This document shows positions 38,107 to 52,003 of a stretch of DNA of 64,000 nucleotides, in pieces. Position 1 is the first letter of the stretch. The number at the start of each line of letters is the position of its first letter. Under the pieces are notes generated by a model. It was not told the origin of the DNA. It saw nothing but the letters and a program-made list of their open reading frames with translations, and did no database searches. Location: NCBI GenBank assembly GCA_022605425.2, contig CM061255.1, positions 1 through 64,000 on the forward strand, written 5' to 3'. A program made the position numbers and the translations under genes. Source of the stretch: Hamiltosporidium tvaerminnensis FI-OER-3-3. Taxonomy: Eukaryota; Fungi; Microsporidia.

Positions 38107-38212
38107 TAATAACTAATAGAACTTCAAAGTCAATTTTAAACCTAATAACTATTAGAACATCAAAGTAATTTTGAACCTAATAACTATTAGAAGTTCAAAG
38201 TAAGTTTTAAAC
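38107..38212. repeat. Tandem repeat, ~35-bp unit x3
   Basis: Consensus taataactattagaacttcaaagtaattttaaacc occurs three times with few mismatches. Confidence 0.85.
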
Positions 38213-38609
38213 ATATGATTCTAACAGTAAAGTAAACAATAAATTACACAATATATCCAATAATATTTCTTATATGCACAATAACCCTTAATTATAAATC
38301 TCTTAATTTAAAATAATTTCTATACTTCTCTAACCCTATATATACTTAACCCTATCCTTAAATAGATTTGTTTACCTTTTTTTCATCAAATTACGTTTAA
38401 TATATTCAATCTCTTATTTAAATTATTAATTTATATTTTCAAATATTTTATCAATAAAGAAACATAATTCTATATTAAATATAAAGGATTAAATATTAAA
38501 TTATACTTCAAGGTTACTCAGTAATATTAATTCTTTATATTTTCATTTATTTTATTTCTCTCTAATTTCATTTTTCTATGTTTTTATTCTTATTTATAAT
38601 TTTGGTAGT

Positions 38610-38860
38610 ACCATATAAATTTTTTTCTAATTATTTCTATTTTTCATAAAATACATTAATTTCCCAAATAATTTTCTAATTTCCATAAAACCATTTGTAA
38701 TTTATAATTTCTCAAATATTTCTTATCAAACCTTTTTTCTAATTTCCCAAATAATTTCTAATTTTCATTGAAGCCTTTCTTCAAAAACTTTTCTATTTTT
38801 CCTAAATAATTTATAATTTCTCAAATATTTTCATATAAACCTTTTTTCTAATTTTCTAAT
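38610..38860. repeat. Degenerate AT-rich minisatellite
   Basis: Recurrent ttttctaatttcccaaataatt and ttataatttctcaaatattt modules. Confidence 0.6.
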
Positions 38861-39073
38861 GCTGCATAGTCTTGAGGGAGCCCGAGGGGCTTCGGCCTTC
38901 GATCAAACTCCATGCAACGAACATTAACGAACTCCGGGCAACTGCCTCGCCTATTAATTAGGTTCTACATACCTGGTAAATGAAAGGCTCTTGGAGTAGG
39001 TATCACAGGAAGTACTGATTGTGTGTTGGGGTAGCGGTCATTTATGTTAAACCTAGAACTGCGTTAATGTCAT
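38858..39073 (-). ncRNA. Unknown structured non-coding element, copy B
   Basis: Sharp GC-rich island in AT-rich repeats. Its reverse complement aligns with 29088-29302 in eight conserved blocks. G-U versus A-C asymmetry favours the minus strand. Confidence 0.65.
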
Positions 39074-40822
39074 GAAAACAAAAATAACTTTTGCCACTGT
39101 TTTAAAAATATGTGATAATTTAAATAAAGTATTTTGATTTTAGTAAATTTTAAAATTTTTTTTCAAAACAGTATGAATATTTTGTACATTTTAAATGTTA
39201 AAATTTAATTTTTCTACTTCTGACAAAACTCACATGGATCAAAATTTATTTTATCAGTAAGCTATACTAATTTAAAGTTTATATTTCTTAGCCATTTTTA
39301 TATTCATATGAGAATTCTCAAAAAATTATGTATATATGACAAGAAATTTTACATAAATATTAAAAAAAAACATTCTAATTTTATAAACAATTAATCAAAA
39401 AGTGATTGTTAAACATAAAAGTAAAATTTATACCGCATTAAATATAGAATAGTTCTTTTTTTTCCTTCAATTTCTCTATTTTATTTTAATTCTATTTTTT
39501 TTGTCAAAGCGAAAAAATATTGATTATAAATTGTCTTTATTATACAAATAAAAGAGGTACTGTACGCAAAATCTTTTCCGAAAGAATTTGTTTACAAAAT
39601 TTTTACTGTTAATAATTTTTAAATTTCGACTTTTTTTTCGGTTCATTGAAACGAAAGATAAATTCTTTAAGACATTCATTTCTTAAAAAAAAAATTTAAG
39701 TTACATTTCATAAGAAAATAAGTTTAATTTATGGAGATTTTATAAATTACTATTTGCTGTTAAAAATTAAAGAAATCAAAATAAATTTTCAAACCGACTG
39801 TAGGAGACAGTTTAAAGATAAAATTAATTTTTAAAGAGTTGGTTTCTATTAAAATTAATTTAGTGACTTAAATTTCAATAGCTTTCATAAATTTATTTTC
39901 TTTAATAATTATAAGAATATTAAAAAAATGTCTGAAAGTCGGATTTAGAAGAAGAAAAGATGGTGGAAAAAGATGCGAAAGAGAATCAATAAAAGTGCAA
40001 AGTGGTTTAACCAAGAAATTCACCAAATAATATCCTTTAAAAAAAGTCTCAACAGTAAATATATTGCTGATTTAAATTTTTTGTTTTAATTTTTCATTAT
40101 GAATACGATTTTGTGTTAAAAGCAAGAATAAAAAGATAAATAATGTACTGATAAATTAAAATATTTGTTAATTTAAATTTCTAAAAAAATTATTGTGCTT
40201 TTTGTTATTTTTATGACGGAACTATTTTTTTAATGATGACTTTTGAAGAAATTTAAATGATCTTTAATGACTTAAATATTCTATTTATTATGAATCTTGA
40301 ATTTATCATGTTTTAAAAACTAAATTTATTCGTTATAATAGGTTTACTTTACGTTTTAATGTGAATTTTAGCCTTCTTTTGCTTTTTGCATCTGTATTTA
40401 ATATTCAACGCTTCACTTTTTATTCTGTTTTAACTCGTGATTCTATTCATTTGATCTAAACTTAGGAACAGTTCGATGTCTTAATATCTATTAATCGTAA
40501 ATTTCTATATGTTTCTGGAAAAATGTAATAAATTTCGAGTAACTGATACAAATCAGCTTTTTCATATAACTCCTTTAGAAAAATATAAAAATAATTTTTT
40601 TTTCATTCGCGTAAATTAAATCATAAATCAAATACAGCAATAAATGATATAATTTATTGCTCAAACGTATTAAATCAATTTACTATTTTATATAACCAAT
40701 AGAAAAAATGATTAATTACAAAAAGAAATCAAATTTCTATTTTTGACAAATAAATATTTAGAAAAAAAATTGTCCCATTTTGGTAAATTATTGAATATAT
40801 AATTCGAAAAAAATTTGATCCC

Positions 40823-42491
40823 ATGTTTTTTTACATTCTCTTTTCTGTAGCAGCATTTCCACCGGATAATGACTTTACTAATCTTTCGGAAGATCCAATA
40901 ACTGGAGACCATATACGTTTAGAAATGCCTTATAACCTGCAAGCCAAGAATACTGAAATAGAAAATTTTATATACCTTTTTTTTTCCCTTGGCACCAAGG
41001 AAAATATGGATGGGTTGATCAGGATTGCAAGTTTTTACTCGAGCGAACTAAAAAAATATACAATCAAAGAAATTCATCCATTTTTAACACATTTTACAAC
41101 TTTTATTTGTTCAATTGTATATTTAAAAAAAAACTACGGAGGCTTCGAAAAATTTAGACCGGATTTTCTCTTCAATTTGATTTCCTTTGGTAAATTCATC
41201 GAAATGTATAAAACAAATGAAGCTACTAAAATGGCAATTACTGATTTATTCGGTAATTCTTTAGATAACTATATTGATTTGAAAAGTGTAGAAATTCGGG
41301 ATTGGGGTAGTCCACCAATTAACCATATATATAATGCGATAAAAGATATGTTTCGACACTTTTTTCCTGGTTTACATCAAAAAAAACGCACATGTTAAGC
41401 ATTTTGTGTATATGTTAAATTTTCGCAAGTTACAGTATCCATTGAGCAGAGGAACCTTTGAATTTTTTTTGTGTTTCTTTTATTCATTGGTGAGATTCAA
41501 AGCATTTGAGGGCGAATATACTGAGAATTGTTCTGTAAAGTATATGTTACCCAGTCGAAAAACCGTGGAAAAAATTAAAGAAGACGTAGCCAAACTAAGC
41601 CGTCTCACACATAACAATAATAATAATCCAGAATATAAAAATATCTTGGAATATATTTTTAAACCGTTCTCTAAAAATATTTTGAAAAAGGAAACCGGAT
41701 TTTTTGAATTATTTGATCATTCCGAAAATTTTTCTTTGAATAATAAACTAGAGGATTCTAAATTCTCGCAAGACTTCGTAGAAGTATTTTGTAATGAAGA
41801 AGAGTTAAATAAAATAAAATTTTTAAATAAATTTATAAAGGAAAAAACAAAAGAAGAATATCATGACTATATTTCTGCTGTAATATGTTTAGAGGCTTTT
41901 AACCTCAAAAGAAATTTTTCGGAAGGAAATGATATTACCAGAGTTATAATGGATATTTTATTTCTTACAGATGTTTTAAAAACGAAATTCGAAGAAATTA
42001 AAACCGCAGAAAATAGAAGAGAATTTAGAAAGATTTTTTTCGAGGCTTTGATAAAAGAATTGGGTAAGCGTGGTATAAAACTTTCACCTGGTACTGAATT
42101 TGATTTTTTAAATGTTATAAAATTGCCAAGAACATCAAGTTTGTTAGAAATGTATTACTTTGCTGAACTCTTCTATGAGAGTGCTTCGAAAAGTTCTTTA
42201 GGGAAATTTTTGCAAGATAAATTAAATGAAAAGCTAAATACAAAGGAAAAAGACTCGGATTTTACAAAAACGAACTATCTTCTATATGTTTTTAACAATG
42301 AAATCTCTGGACTTACGCAGGAGGAACTTAAAAATCTTTTTAGTGCTCAGACACCTGAAACGCCCGTATCAAAGACTACAAATTCAAAAAATTTCGGATT
42401 TGACAAAATATTTTTTTACATAGTTCTGCCGATTTTATGTTTTTGTTTGATTATTATAGGAGCATATTGGTATATCTATATGATGAAGTAA
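40823..42491 (+). CDS. Type I membrane/surface protein (signal peptide plus C-terminal TM), split by one frameshift in an A8 run
   Basis: CCC-ATG start with signal MFFYILFSVAA and C-terminal TM IFFYIVLPILCFCLIIIGAYWYIY. Removing one A at 41379-41386 fuses both ORFs (..LHQKNAHVKHFVYML..). Confidence 0.8.
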
Positions 42492-43329
42492 AATGTATTT
42501 TCATATTTTTTTATTATAATATGGTAATTAGTTTTGAAAAAATAAAAAATGTTTATTACTGTTTTAACACTTTTAACATCTTTACTTACTTACTTATTCC
42601 GTTCTTCTTTTACCTCTCAGTGTTGAGGATGAACAAATGAATGTATTTCAATTGTTTCTTTTAATTAATTGTAACGCTGGATTATAGAGAATCAACCTAT
42701 AGATCTTATTGTGACTTTGATTATTTTAATATCTAAAAGTTTTTTAAAACAAATAATCAATTAACAATATTTTGTGTTAAACTGCTGAGATGTTCTAAAA
42801 TATTTTTACAGGCAAAAAAATTATTTTTCCACTTTAGGAAAGAAATTTTTTAAGTATTAATTTATTTGCTTATAAAAGCATCTTGTCTTAAAAGCGTTTA
42901 AAAATTATTTAATATTGTTACGGGCCATCTAATTTCTTTGATTTTTATACAAACCCTTTTTGTTTTCTAATGGTTTAATAGAACTCGTTATTTTCTATAT
43001 ATTACACCTGAAGCTCATATATTTGACATAAGAACGTAATATTTTTCTAAACTCTATAGACTCGATTTAAAAAACTACTTATATGGTCTTTAGGTTGAAT
43101 TTCCCGCTAAGACAAAGCATTAAAATTTTGACAGGAAAAAAAAATTTTATGTTAACAATAAACAATAAAAAACGCCATAATATAATTGCAAAGTAGACTA
43201 AATGTAATTTATACATTTTATTACGCCACTGAAAGCTGTTATCGTGTTGGTATCATTGTTTTTAACTTAAGCATGTTATTCCTCAAAGTAGCTGTAATTT
43301 TATAAACCAATTATGTCAAAAGAAATCAG

Positions 43330-44240
43330 AAATGCCCTTTCGTTTTTGTATTCATGTCAAACTTTTTTTACCAAGATTTTATCTCCAAAGACAAATCTTT
43401 CGTGTGTATATTAGAATTTCTGCTCTCTTCAACTCGTTCCTTATGTTTTTTAAGTGCTTAGCAACATCGGCAGCAATTTTAGTTTCGTTTTTGAGATTAC
43501 CAGCTATTATGAAGTTGTGGTTGCTACGGGTTAATTTAATTCTGCATGCATATTCGAGGCAATATCTCGGCTTGGTTGTGTACACCCGCATTTTTATAAG
43601 TAAAACTGTACCAAATCTACTTTAATAGAAGGCTGCGTTATACAGGTTTCGTTTTTGTTTGATATGTTTTCAGAAAAGATATTGTTAAAACCTGGTTGTC
43701 TGAAGAAAAGTATAAATTGAGATTTGTTTTTTACACTATGTATTGTTCTGTTAATGAAATAAATAATATTGTTAAGACCAATGAACCAATATTTCTACAC
43801 CTGTTTCTGGCAATTTCTTTCCTAGCTATCTTTTTATGGTCTCATTTACACGTCCATTTTGACCTCGCACTTTTAGATTGTGTGGTTTTCCATTTATAAT
43901 TTTGATGCTGAGTTCGGTTAAAAATGTTTAAGGAAGCGCATTTTTAAACTCTCGGCCGCTTTTTAATTGTATTGCCAATGGAACACCAAAGTTATCAAAT
44001 AAAAATTCAATAAATCCTTTAATAATTCCGAAGTCTTAATTATCATCTTAAAGCACCAGTGTTATTCCTGCATATGTGTCAATTTTATTATGAATCCATC
44101 AATTTTAAGATTTTAAATTAGTGCATCTATAAGCCAACACAATATGCTACTTTTCGGTTTTGAATATGGTGTAAGAATTTCTTTTTCCTGTCTTTTTTTA
44201 CAATTTAAAACATTTGGCATGTGGTTACTGTACATTTCCT
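43330..44240 (-). mobile_element. Degenerate rve (DDE) integrase/transposase, Ginger2/KRBA2-SCAND3-like
   Basis: Minus frames read FLFDNFGVPLAIQLKSGREFKN, LSIKIINGKPHNLKVRGQNGRVNETIKR and IIYFINRTIHSVKNKSQFILFF. These are eroded versions of FG.P..IQSDNG.EF, GRP..PQ.QG..ER.N and N...H....SPF. Confidence 0.85.
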
Positions 44241-45719
44241 TATATATAAAATGAATACTTAGGAAAAAGAAACAAATAATATGAAGGCTTTAAATAAATT
44301 TATACACAGTGTATGTTGTTTAAAGCCGGTATATAGAAATTTGCAATAAATTTTTGCTTTACATACAAACAAACGCAAAAAAAAACAGAAATTAGAAACA
44401 TAAATAAGGATAATTTTTATTTGCAATAAAAAATCCTAATTTTTTTATGAGAAAAAAATGTTAAGAAAGGAGAATAAAAAAATATTGGACGCAACGTAAA
44501 ATAAGAACATCTTAGGAATATTGGAATAAACAGGTTATAAGGATATAGAAATCAAAAGATTATATGAAAAAATAAAGTGTGTTATCAAGATTAAGAATGT
44601 ATAGGAAATAGAAGGGGTTCTATGGACATGGGGAGTTCTTTGGGTCGTGACAAATATTAATACGGTGTTAAATTTTCTGTTTTTATTTGTTGTTCAACTG
44701 ATTTGTATTTAGTAACGTTTTTAATGTTATAATTTTGGGTTTTAATTTACATTTGATTTAGATAAAACCAGTATTGCATTATAAATAGGAAACATACCTG
44801 CTTTTTATTTTATTTGGTTTGCTTTCAGCAATTTTCTACTCTTTGTTTCTTTAATTTGATATTTTAATTGTTGGATATCATGCCATAAATCATACAAATA
44901 AATATTTATATTGTAAAAAGTCGCTCAAATATATTTATAGTCTGATTGAACTAAAGTCGAGCGGTCCAAATATTCTTATATTTGAATTTATTGTCTGTAG
45001 ACCTTAAAACATTGTTTAAATGAACTTTTACTAAGAGTCAAAAAGATATAGGAACCATATTATACATTTTTTTAGCTTTAAAACATAATATAATAGAATG
45101 AACAATGGCTTTTAATGTACTTTTACTAGTACCTCGCCTTCTTTTAATAAATATTTCCTGCTTAAACTGACTATTCTTCTAAGAAAAATACTAATCGCTT
45201 ACAAAATTCTAAAAAATACATTAATGTACCAAGTAGATTGTTTAGAAAAATTATTTTTCGAGGATGCATTTACGATCACGCGAAACAAATTACTCAGAAA
45301 AAATTTAAATAAAACTGTAATGACACTGGTCAAACAGCATATCATAGTATGTAAAACATGCATTAAACCCAACATAATGTAAAGTTGGATTTTTCAGTTG
45401 TAATATAATAACATATAAAATTTTAAAAATTGTACATTCAATATGGTCTACATGAGCGAAAACTTAAAAAATAATGGATATATATTCGTGTAAGTTTAGA
45501 AGCCTGATGAGGAAAGAATTTAAAAGGTGCGTGTTCAGTCTAAATATTTATCTAAAACAATTTTTATTTGACTATAAAAACAACTTTTAAGGATTTGAAT
45601 TACCACGAGTATTTAGATCGTTATATATTTCTTTGTAATTAAATAGTAAAATTGATTCATTTAAAAACATTTTCAAAATCGTAGAATTTCCGCAAGAACC
45701 AAGCTTTTTTTATCATGAA

Positions 45720-46110
45720 AACAAAACGGAATTCACAAAGATGGCGGCATTACAAAGCTAAATTAAAAAAACTAGCTATTCTGCAAGTAAATTTTTATTC
45801 CTGTATTAGGTCGATGTATTTATAAAGCAGGGCAGCGTGGAAAGACTCCAAAGGTTTTTCAAAAAAAAAAGATAAACTAGAATGTAGTGGGTTCTTAATC
45901 ATACAGAATATTTGTAAATATCAGCAATAGTATGTGAAGAAAAAGCTGGGGAACTAATCACCCTTTAATTTCTTATTATATTGTATTTTACAAACACGCT
46001 TGTATATTTAAAACGTAACAGGCTATGTGCTCTACATGGGTACTCAGATCATACAAATATTTTATCCATAACTATGAAACCTGAAAAATCTCATAAATAT
46101 TAACCATGAG
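45720..46110 (+). pseudogene. Possible protein kinase relic
   Basis: Frameshifted fragments resemble subdomains IV-VIb (LNH.., IVCEEK.LG, IH..MKPE). Weak. Confidence 0.25.
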
Positions 46111-49100
46111 CACTGTTTTTTAATTATCATTGCATTATATCACTCGAAGAATTGATTTATATTCCTTTGTATGTTCTGTAACAATGGTTTGTGCCTAAGA
46201 TAAAAGGAATCAAAAAAATTATATTAAGTCGAAAGATAGATAAACCAGCTCCTCTCAAATAAACTGATATAAAAAAAAAATAAAATTGATTCTGAATATA
46301 AGTAAGATTAATTGTGATTACAATTGAAATACTAATTACACATAATAAATTAATTCCATTGGTTAGAAAAATCAAAATATTCCAAACCACCGGTTGGAAA
46401 TTTTGGCTAAATTAATCTATAATTGCCTGTCGAGAATAAGTTTTTGGATCTTCTGCAATGCTTTAAATCTTTTCAAAAATATTTCAATTTTTTAGTTTAT
46501 TTTTACTAGTACTAGGCATCGCTGTAGCATAGTTTTAGTTAAAACCATGTCATGTTTGTAAGATTCTTTATTTCCATCCAAAAAATAATTTCTTTAAATA
46601 ATTTTACACAAGAAAAACTATTGTCTTTTCATATTTCGAATGAATATACATTCACATCCATCTACACAAATATTTGCATTTAATTCATTTAGATTTACCC
46701 AATATCAGAATTTGATTATCCATACTTTTTACGATGTAAAGTGAACTAGTTTTTTTAAAAAATTATTATTTTAATAAATGACTTATGCTTTAAGTAGAAT
46801 TACTAGTTTTTATTATAAATGAATTATATTCATGTTTTAGCGAAAGAAAAAAGGCGATTGCGTTTAAATTAGAGATAAAACGAATTCGAATTGTAAAAGT
46901 ACCTTTACAAGTTTTTTATGTGCCATAAATCATAAACTTTCAGTTTTAATTACATATGTGAATGTAATTAAGGCGAGTATAACAGAGCACATGCTTTTTA
47001 ATGGATTACAAGGACTTTTCCAAGCAGTGATACTATTGGATTTCTTCTTTTAATTTATGTGTACGAATTTTAGCAATGTATATTAGATCACAGAAAGTTT
47101 TAGAAATGAAAAATTATACGAATCGTTTAGCAAGAATCTAATTTTAAGTTTGAATTAACAACTTATACGCTTATTTCTTTTATTTTATTTTTATATTAGA
47201 AATTTTTTTAAATATATTCTTTGTCTAATTTAAACTATACGTTAGAAAATCATTTGGATTCAAAAAAGTTGCACGCTCACATTTCAATTTCTGCCAATTT
47301 AAATGCGTTTTTAATGTAAAAAATACTTTAATCGAGAAAACTCAGCTCAATCCGGATTTATTGCGATTTTGAATAGAGAGAATCTTGTTATAGCAGTTTA
47401 AGCGGAAATTTTATCAATGTATAAAAAGTATTTTTTGCGGATTTGAACCGCAAATTCATGTAATAAACCAATTAAGTGATTCTGTAACCTCAGTTTTTTA
47501 TAGTTTAAAAGAAATTTATGTATTTCTTAAATTTGAATTTTTCAAGATAGACAAATTTAGATTCAGATTCTAAGAAATTATAAGCATACTTCCAGTTATA
47601 ATTAAAAACAAAAATACTAGCAGATTGATATTGATAATTACACGACTAGAAAATCTAGAACTTAACAGAGAAATTAAATAGAAAGTTAAAAGGCAAAATA
47701 TCTGTATATTGTATATGTTTGCGTTTGAGTCTGTTCTTTTAAGATTCAATCTGGATACAGTATATAAAAATCAAATAATCCAGAAATTTCACATTGATCT
47801 TTAATATATAGCCGAAGTTTAAAGTTAAAAGAATATTCCAGATTTCATTATTTTCTTACGAAAGGTATCAAATAACAGTTCTGACACCATAAATAGGAAT
47901 ATTATATCATTAAACGGCCTATATGAGTTATAATAGCGTTAGCCCTATAAATTTGTCACTTTATTTTATTTGCTCCTGATGAAAAGACAATAATGTATAT
48001 TATTGATTTCTTAATACTCAATCATTTCCATTGATATTTAGAATGGGATATCTCCATATTTATGTTTATTTGTAATATATTTTTAAATTTTACTTAAATT
48101 AGTGGTATTCTATTCTTCAAATAGAAAATTGTAAATTTTTCCTTGATACGACTTAAACACTTTTTTGGTTTTAAATGCGATAGATTCGGTTTTTTCCAAA
48201 AACATAGTTTTCAAGTCTCTCATTAAAACAATTAATTGATAAAATGTTTTTTCTTTCAAAAAACTCTTTTTTTCTAAGCAGAATTCTTCATACTCTATAT
48301 TTTTGTATATTTTAAGAAAAAAAATGTTTTCCTAACAAAGATATGTAAGTAAAAAAGTAACCTTTTTTATAATAACTGGCTTATGCATGTAAGTTTAAGT
48401 AAAATTTTGAGAATATTTAAAAATGCATATTGCTTTATTATTGCAGAATATTTTAAATAAATGAACTTTAGTCATTTACTAAGTTTTGGAATCAATAAAC
48501 TAATTGTTTAGATGTAGATTTGTAAACTAGATAGAATCTTTGTCTATACACTCTTCATTTTTAGTGAAATCTCGGGTTTTTGCGTAACAGGCAATCCAAT
48601 CAAATTATAAGAAAAAGTCTGGAAAACCCCACATCGATAAAAGAAAGCTAAACAATAAAAGGTCAAAATTTAGATCGATCTTAAGGATTAAAAAGGCAAA
48701 AAATTCATTTATTCTTCAAAGACTAAAGCTAAATAGTTTATTTTATTCTTTATCTGGCATGCTAAATATGTGAAATCTCTGGTTATTTGCATATATTTTT
48801 TTTTACTTCTTTTACTTGAAAAAATAAATCAGTGATATTTTCTACTATATTAGAGTTTTCTGTGAAATAGTAAATTAAGTTTAAATTAGAATCACCGAGA
48901 AAAATGTACTGATTTCATACTATTACTTGTTAAAATATCATATTTATTAGATTTTGAAGAGCTATGCAGTACTCATTTACTTATTTATTTCAAAACTTTC
49001 TTTAGATATGTTTTAGATTTTAAAAATCAAAAGCTTTTGATTTATTGAAAAATAATCAGAAAATTTAGAATTCCTATTGTATATCCAATGGATTAAATCT

Positions 49101-50677
49101 TCGAAGAATGTTTTTTCCATTCAATTAAATTAAAAAAATATAAATTCTCATAGAAATCACTATTTGAATAACAAATTTGTGTTAAATTCTATAACTAACC
49201 AACTTCTCGGTGCTAGAGTCTTTGGAGAGCTCGTGCCGCTTTTTTCAATTATATTATGACTTTTTAAATATCCCCGAACTTTATTTAAAACGATATATTA
49301 TTGAAACTATTTTTCTTTGCTTGAATTTATTTTTAAATTAGGTTTTAAAAACGTAAAAAAATGACATATAAATATAATAACACCAATTGGATTTGTTTTT
49401 GAAAACGCTGAAAATAAGATTTAAAACATTATTGCGCTATGATTACCTTAAATTTTCGTATAAAACTTGTTTAATTTATAGAAAGATTAAGGTTCACAAT
49501 GTTTTTGGTTCTTTGACGTAATTTGTACAAGAAGAAGGTCATAAAATAGTAAACTTTGTTTACAAATAAGTTTTAAGTCGTTTGGGTAACAAATGTGAAA
49601 TCACAGCCGAAGTTATATGTAACTGATATGTAAAAACATAGAAATAAAACCTTGTTTATATTCAATATGAAAACTTGGCGCAGGGTGGATAAGAAGAGGT
49701 TTTAAAGCAAAAAAACAAGTAATATGATATAAACATTAGCATGACATCTAAATATCTAGATTAATAAATGTAAGTATTCTTAGCATATCTTGGCTGGTGT
49801 TAAATCGGTTCAGAAAATCTAGAGTGAGAAGCAAGGCAGCTTAATATGCGAACTCAATGTAGGTTAAATCTTCTGCTCCACATCAGGCAATTGATATTAA
49901 CAACATGGAACTACTCAAACATTATATTAACTCTACACATCTTTTCGCAGGAAAACTAGGGAATATAGGTATCTTATGGTCCGCCGATGTAATCAAGGAT
50001 CGGGTATCTATTGAAAAACCGGCTGCATTTATGTCCTAAAACAAGAAATTATGAATTGTTATTAAGAGAGATCTGATATTTATTCAGAAAAAAGTATAAA
50101 ATATTAAAACTATTGAATTTGTTTATTTTTGGCTAAATTAAAAACCATTGATTTCGATATGTTTCCTGGTTTACTAGTTTTCTATTATATTCAAGTTACT
50201 GATTACTGTTCTATTGTTTTGAATTTTTAAAGTTACTTTTTCTGGGTTACCTTGAATATATATCTCAGATTGTTATATTGAATTTATAGCTGTTTCAAAA
50301 AAAATGTTTGGAATATATTAAATATTATGGTTATATATCTAGTTTTCCGTAAAAACATTTTTACGGTGAGTAAATATAAAATGTCTGTAAAAAATAGTGA
50401 GGCACGAAAATTTTTTTTGATTAATTAATGCCAAAATTAAATTAAATATTTACTATTTATTTGATTATTTCTAAATTTCTGATAAATACGGAGATATTGC
50501 TTTTAAAATATATAATTTTTACGATATAAAAAGTTTTTTATCAGTTTTTATAATATAAATTCAATTTCTAAGAACGTCTGTTTTTCTATATTAATTTAAT
50601 ATTTCATTAAGAAATTTTAATTTAATTTAACTGATTAATATTTTTATAATACAAAGATCTAAAATTTTAGAAAAAAA

Positions 50678-52003
50678 ATGCATTTATCCGTTATAATTTC
50701 TTTCTGTATTTGCTCAGCTAATATTAAAACAGATAAAAAATCGGAAAAATTTAATCTGACGCTAGTAGAAAAACAATACTTGGATGAAAAAGAAAATAAT
50801 TTGGATTTCATGATTGAAGATCCAAAACTACTGTGTCCTAGGAATACATCAACTCCTAAAATTTCACCTGCAACATCTGAATGTAGCAGAGAGTCAAGTT
50901 ATTTAGATTCTATCAACAGACCTGTAAAATCACCTAAAAAAAATATAAAAAACATAGAAAGAAGAAGATCTTTACGTAGCATTCCAAAGACTAACATCGA
51001 ACCAACACTTATTTCTTCCAATGATGAAAAGAGTGATTATGATGCCCGACATCCTACAAGAAATATTCGCAAACGTAGATTCCTTTCGATCAGAACACCC
51101 GAAAAATTCAATAATAGAACTACAAGATTGAAAGAAAATGCGACATATAATTTAATGGATAGTATTTTGCGAAGGAAAGAGAAAAAGACAAAAAAAGCGA
51201 AATGTTTAGGTATAAATTTTGAACCAATGACACACGGCTTAGAAAATAAAAACGCCATGAGAAATGCGACAGAAATTCCTGTGCCAATTACTGAAAATGA
51301 GATTAAGCTTCTCAAAAAGAACAAATTTGCTTCTCATTTGTTTGAATTAACACATAGCACACCTTCGGACACTACTTACTATTCATGTAAAGAAGAAGAT
51401 AAGACTACATCAAGTGAAATACCAAAATCCAAAACCCTATGCTATTTTAATGAGTCAGATGTCTTAAAAAATAAAATTAAAGAATTTTTATATGAATTTA
51501 TAAATACTCTGATTTCTTACTATAAAGAAACAAATTTAAACAACCTCGTTGTAGTCGCGCTTCAATCGATGCGAAATTCTGATTTATTTAGCGAAGCCGA
51601 ATGTAATATATATGAAATTGAATTAAAAGCCAAAGTTATAACAAATCAATGTGAAAATAACGAATCAAATTATGATTTCTCTGAAAATAGTTTAGATTAT
51701 CTAAAAAATTTAGATGAACTTGAAGAAATAAACGAACATGGAATTTTGAAAACCCTTCCTCAAAATTCATCTTCTATTTTAAATCATTCCACTGCTTATA
51801 ATAATAATTCGAGTTATAATTCAACAAAAAATTGTCAAAAATCAGCTTCAAAAATTACTAGAAGAGAAGATTTTAAGCAAACATTTAAAATGAAAATAAA
51901 AAAAATCTTCCACAACTCTAAAATAATTATCGCCACAATTATTTTATCTGTTATAGTCTTGATTTTAATTTTCGTAAAATATTATAAACTTTTAGTAGAA
52001 TAG
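50678..52003 (+). CDS. Hypothetical protein with signal peptide and C-terminal TM anchor
   Basis: Intact 441-aa ORF. N-terminal MHLSVIISFCICSA, a basic/Ser-rich disordered middle and C-terminal IIIATIILSVIVLILIFV. Confidence 0.85.
   Translation: MHLSVIISFCICSANIKTDKKSEKFNLTLVEKQYLDEKENNLDFMIEDPKLLCPRNTSTPKISPATSECSRESSYLDSINRPVKSPKKNIKNIERRRSLRSIPKTNIEPTLISSNDEKSDYDARHPTRNIRKRRFLSIRTPEKFNNRTTRLKENATYNLMDSILRRKEKKTKKAKCLGINFEPMTHGLENKNAMRNATEIPVPITENEIKLLKKNKFASHLFELTHSTPSDTTYYSCKEEDKTTSSEIPKSKTLCYFNESDVLKNKIKEFLYEFINTLISYYKETNLNNLVVVALQSMRNSDLFSEAECNIYEIELKAKVITNQCENNESNYDFSENSLDYLKNLDELEEINEHGILKTLPQNSSSILNHSTAYNNNSSYNSTKNCQKSASKITRREDFKQTFKMKIKKIFHNSKIIIATIILSVIVLILIFVKYYKLLVE

Noticed and set aside
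38887-38906. U2 snRNA-like GCTTCGGCCTTCGATCAA and a cUUCGg loop on the plus strand
   Set aside because: It lacks the GTGTAGTA branch-recognition sequence, lies in the variable part not shared with copy A, and the conserved stems favour the opposite strand.
45503-45525. Hammerhead-like CTGATGAG
   Set aside because: No stem II, GAAA core in register or flanking stems.
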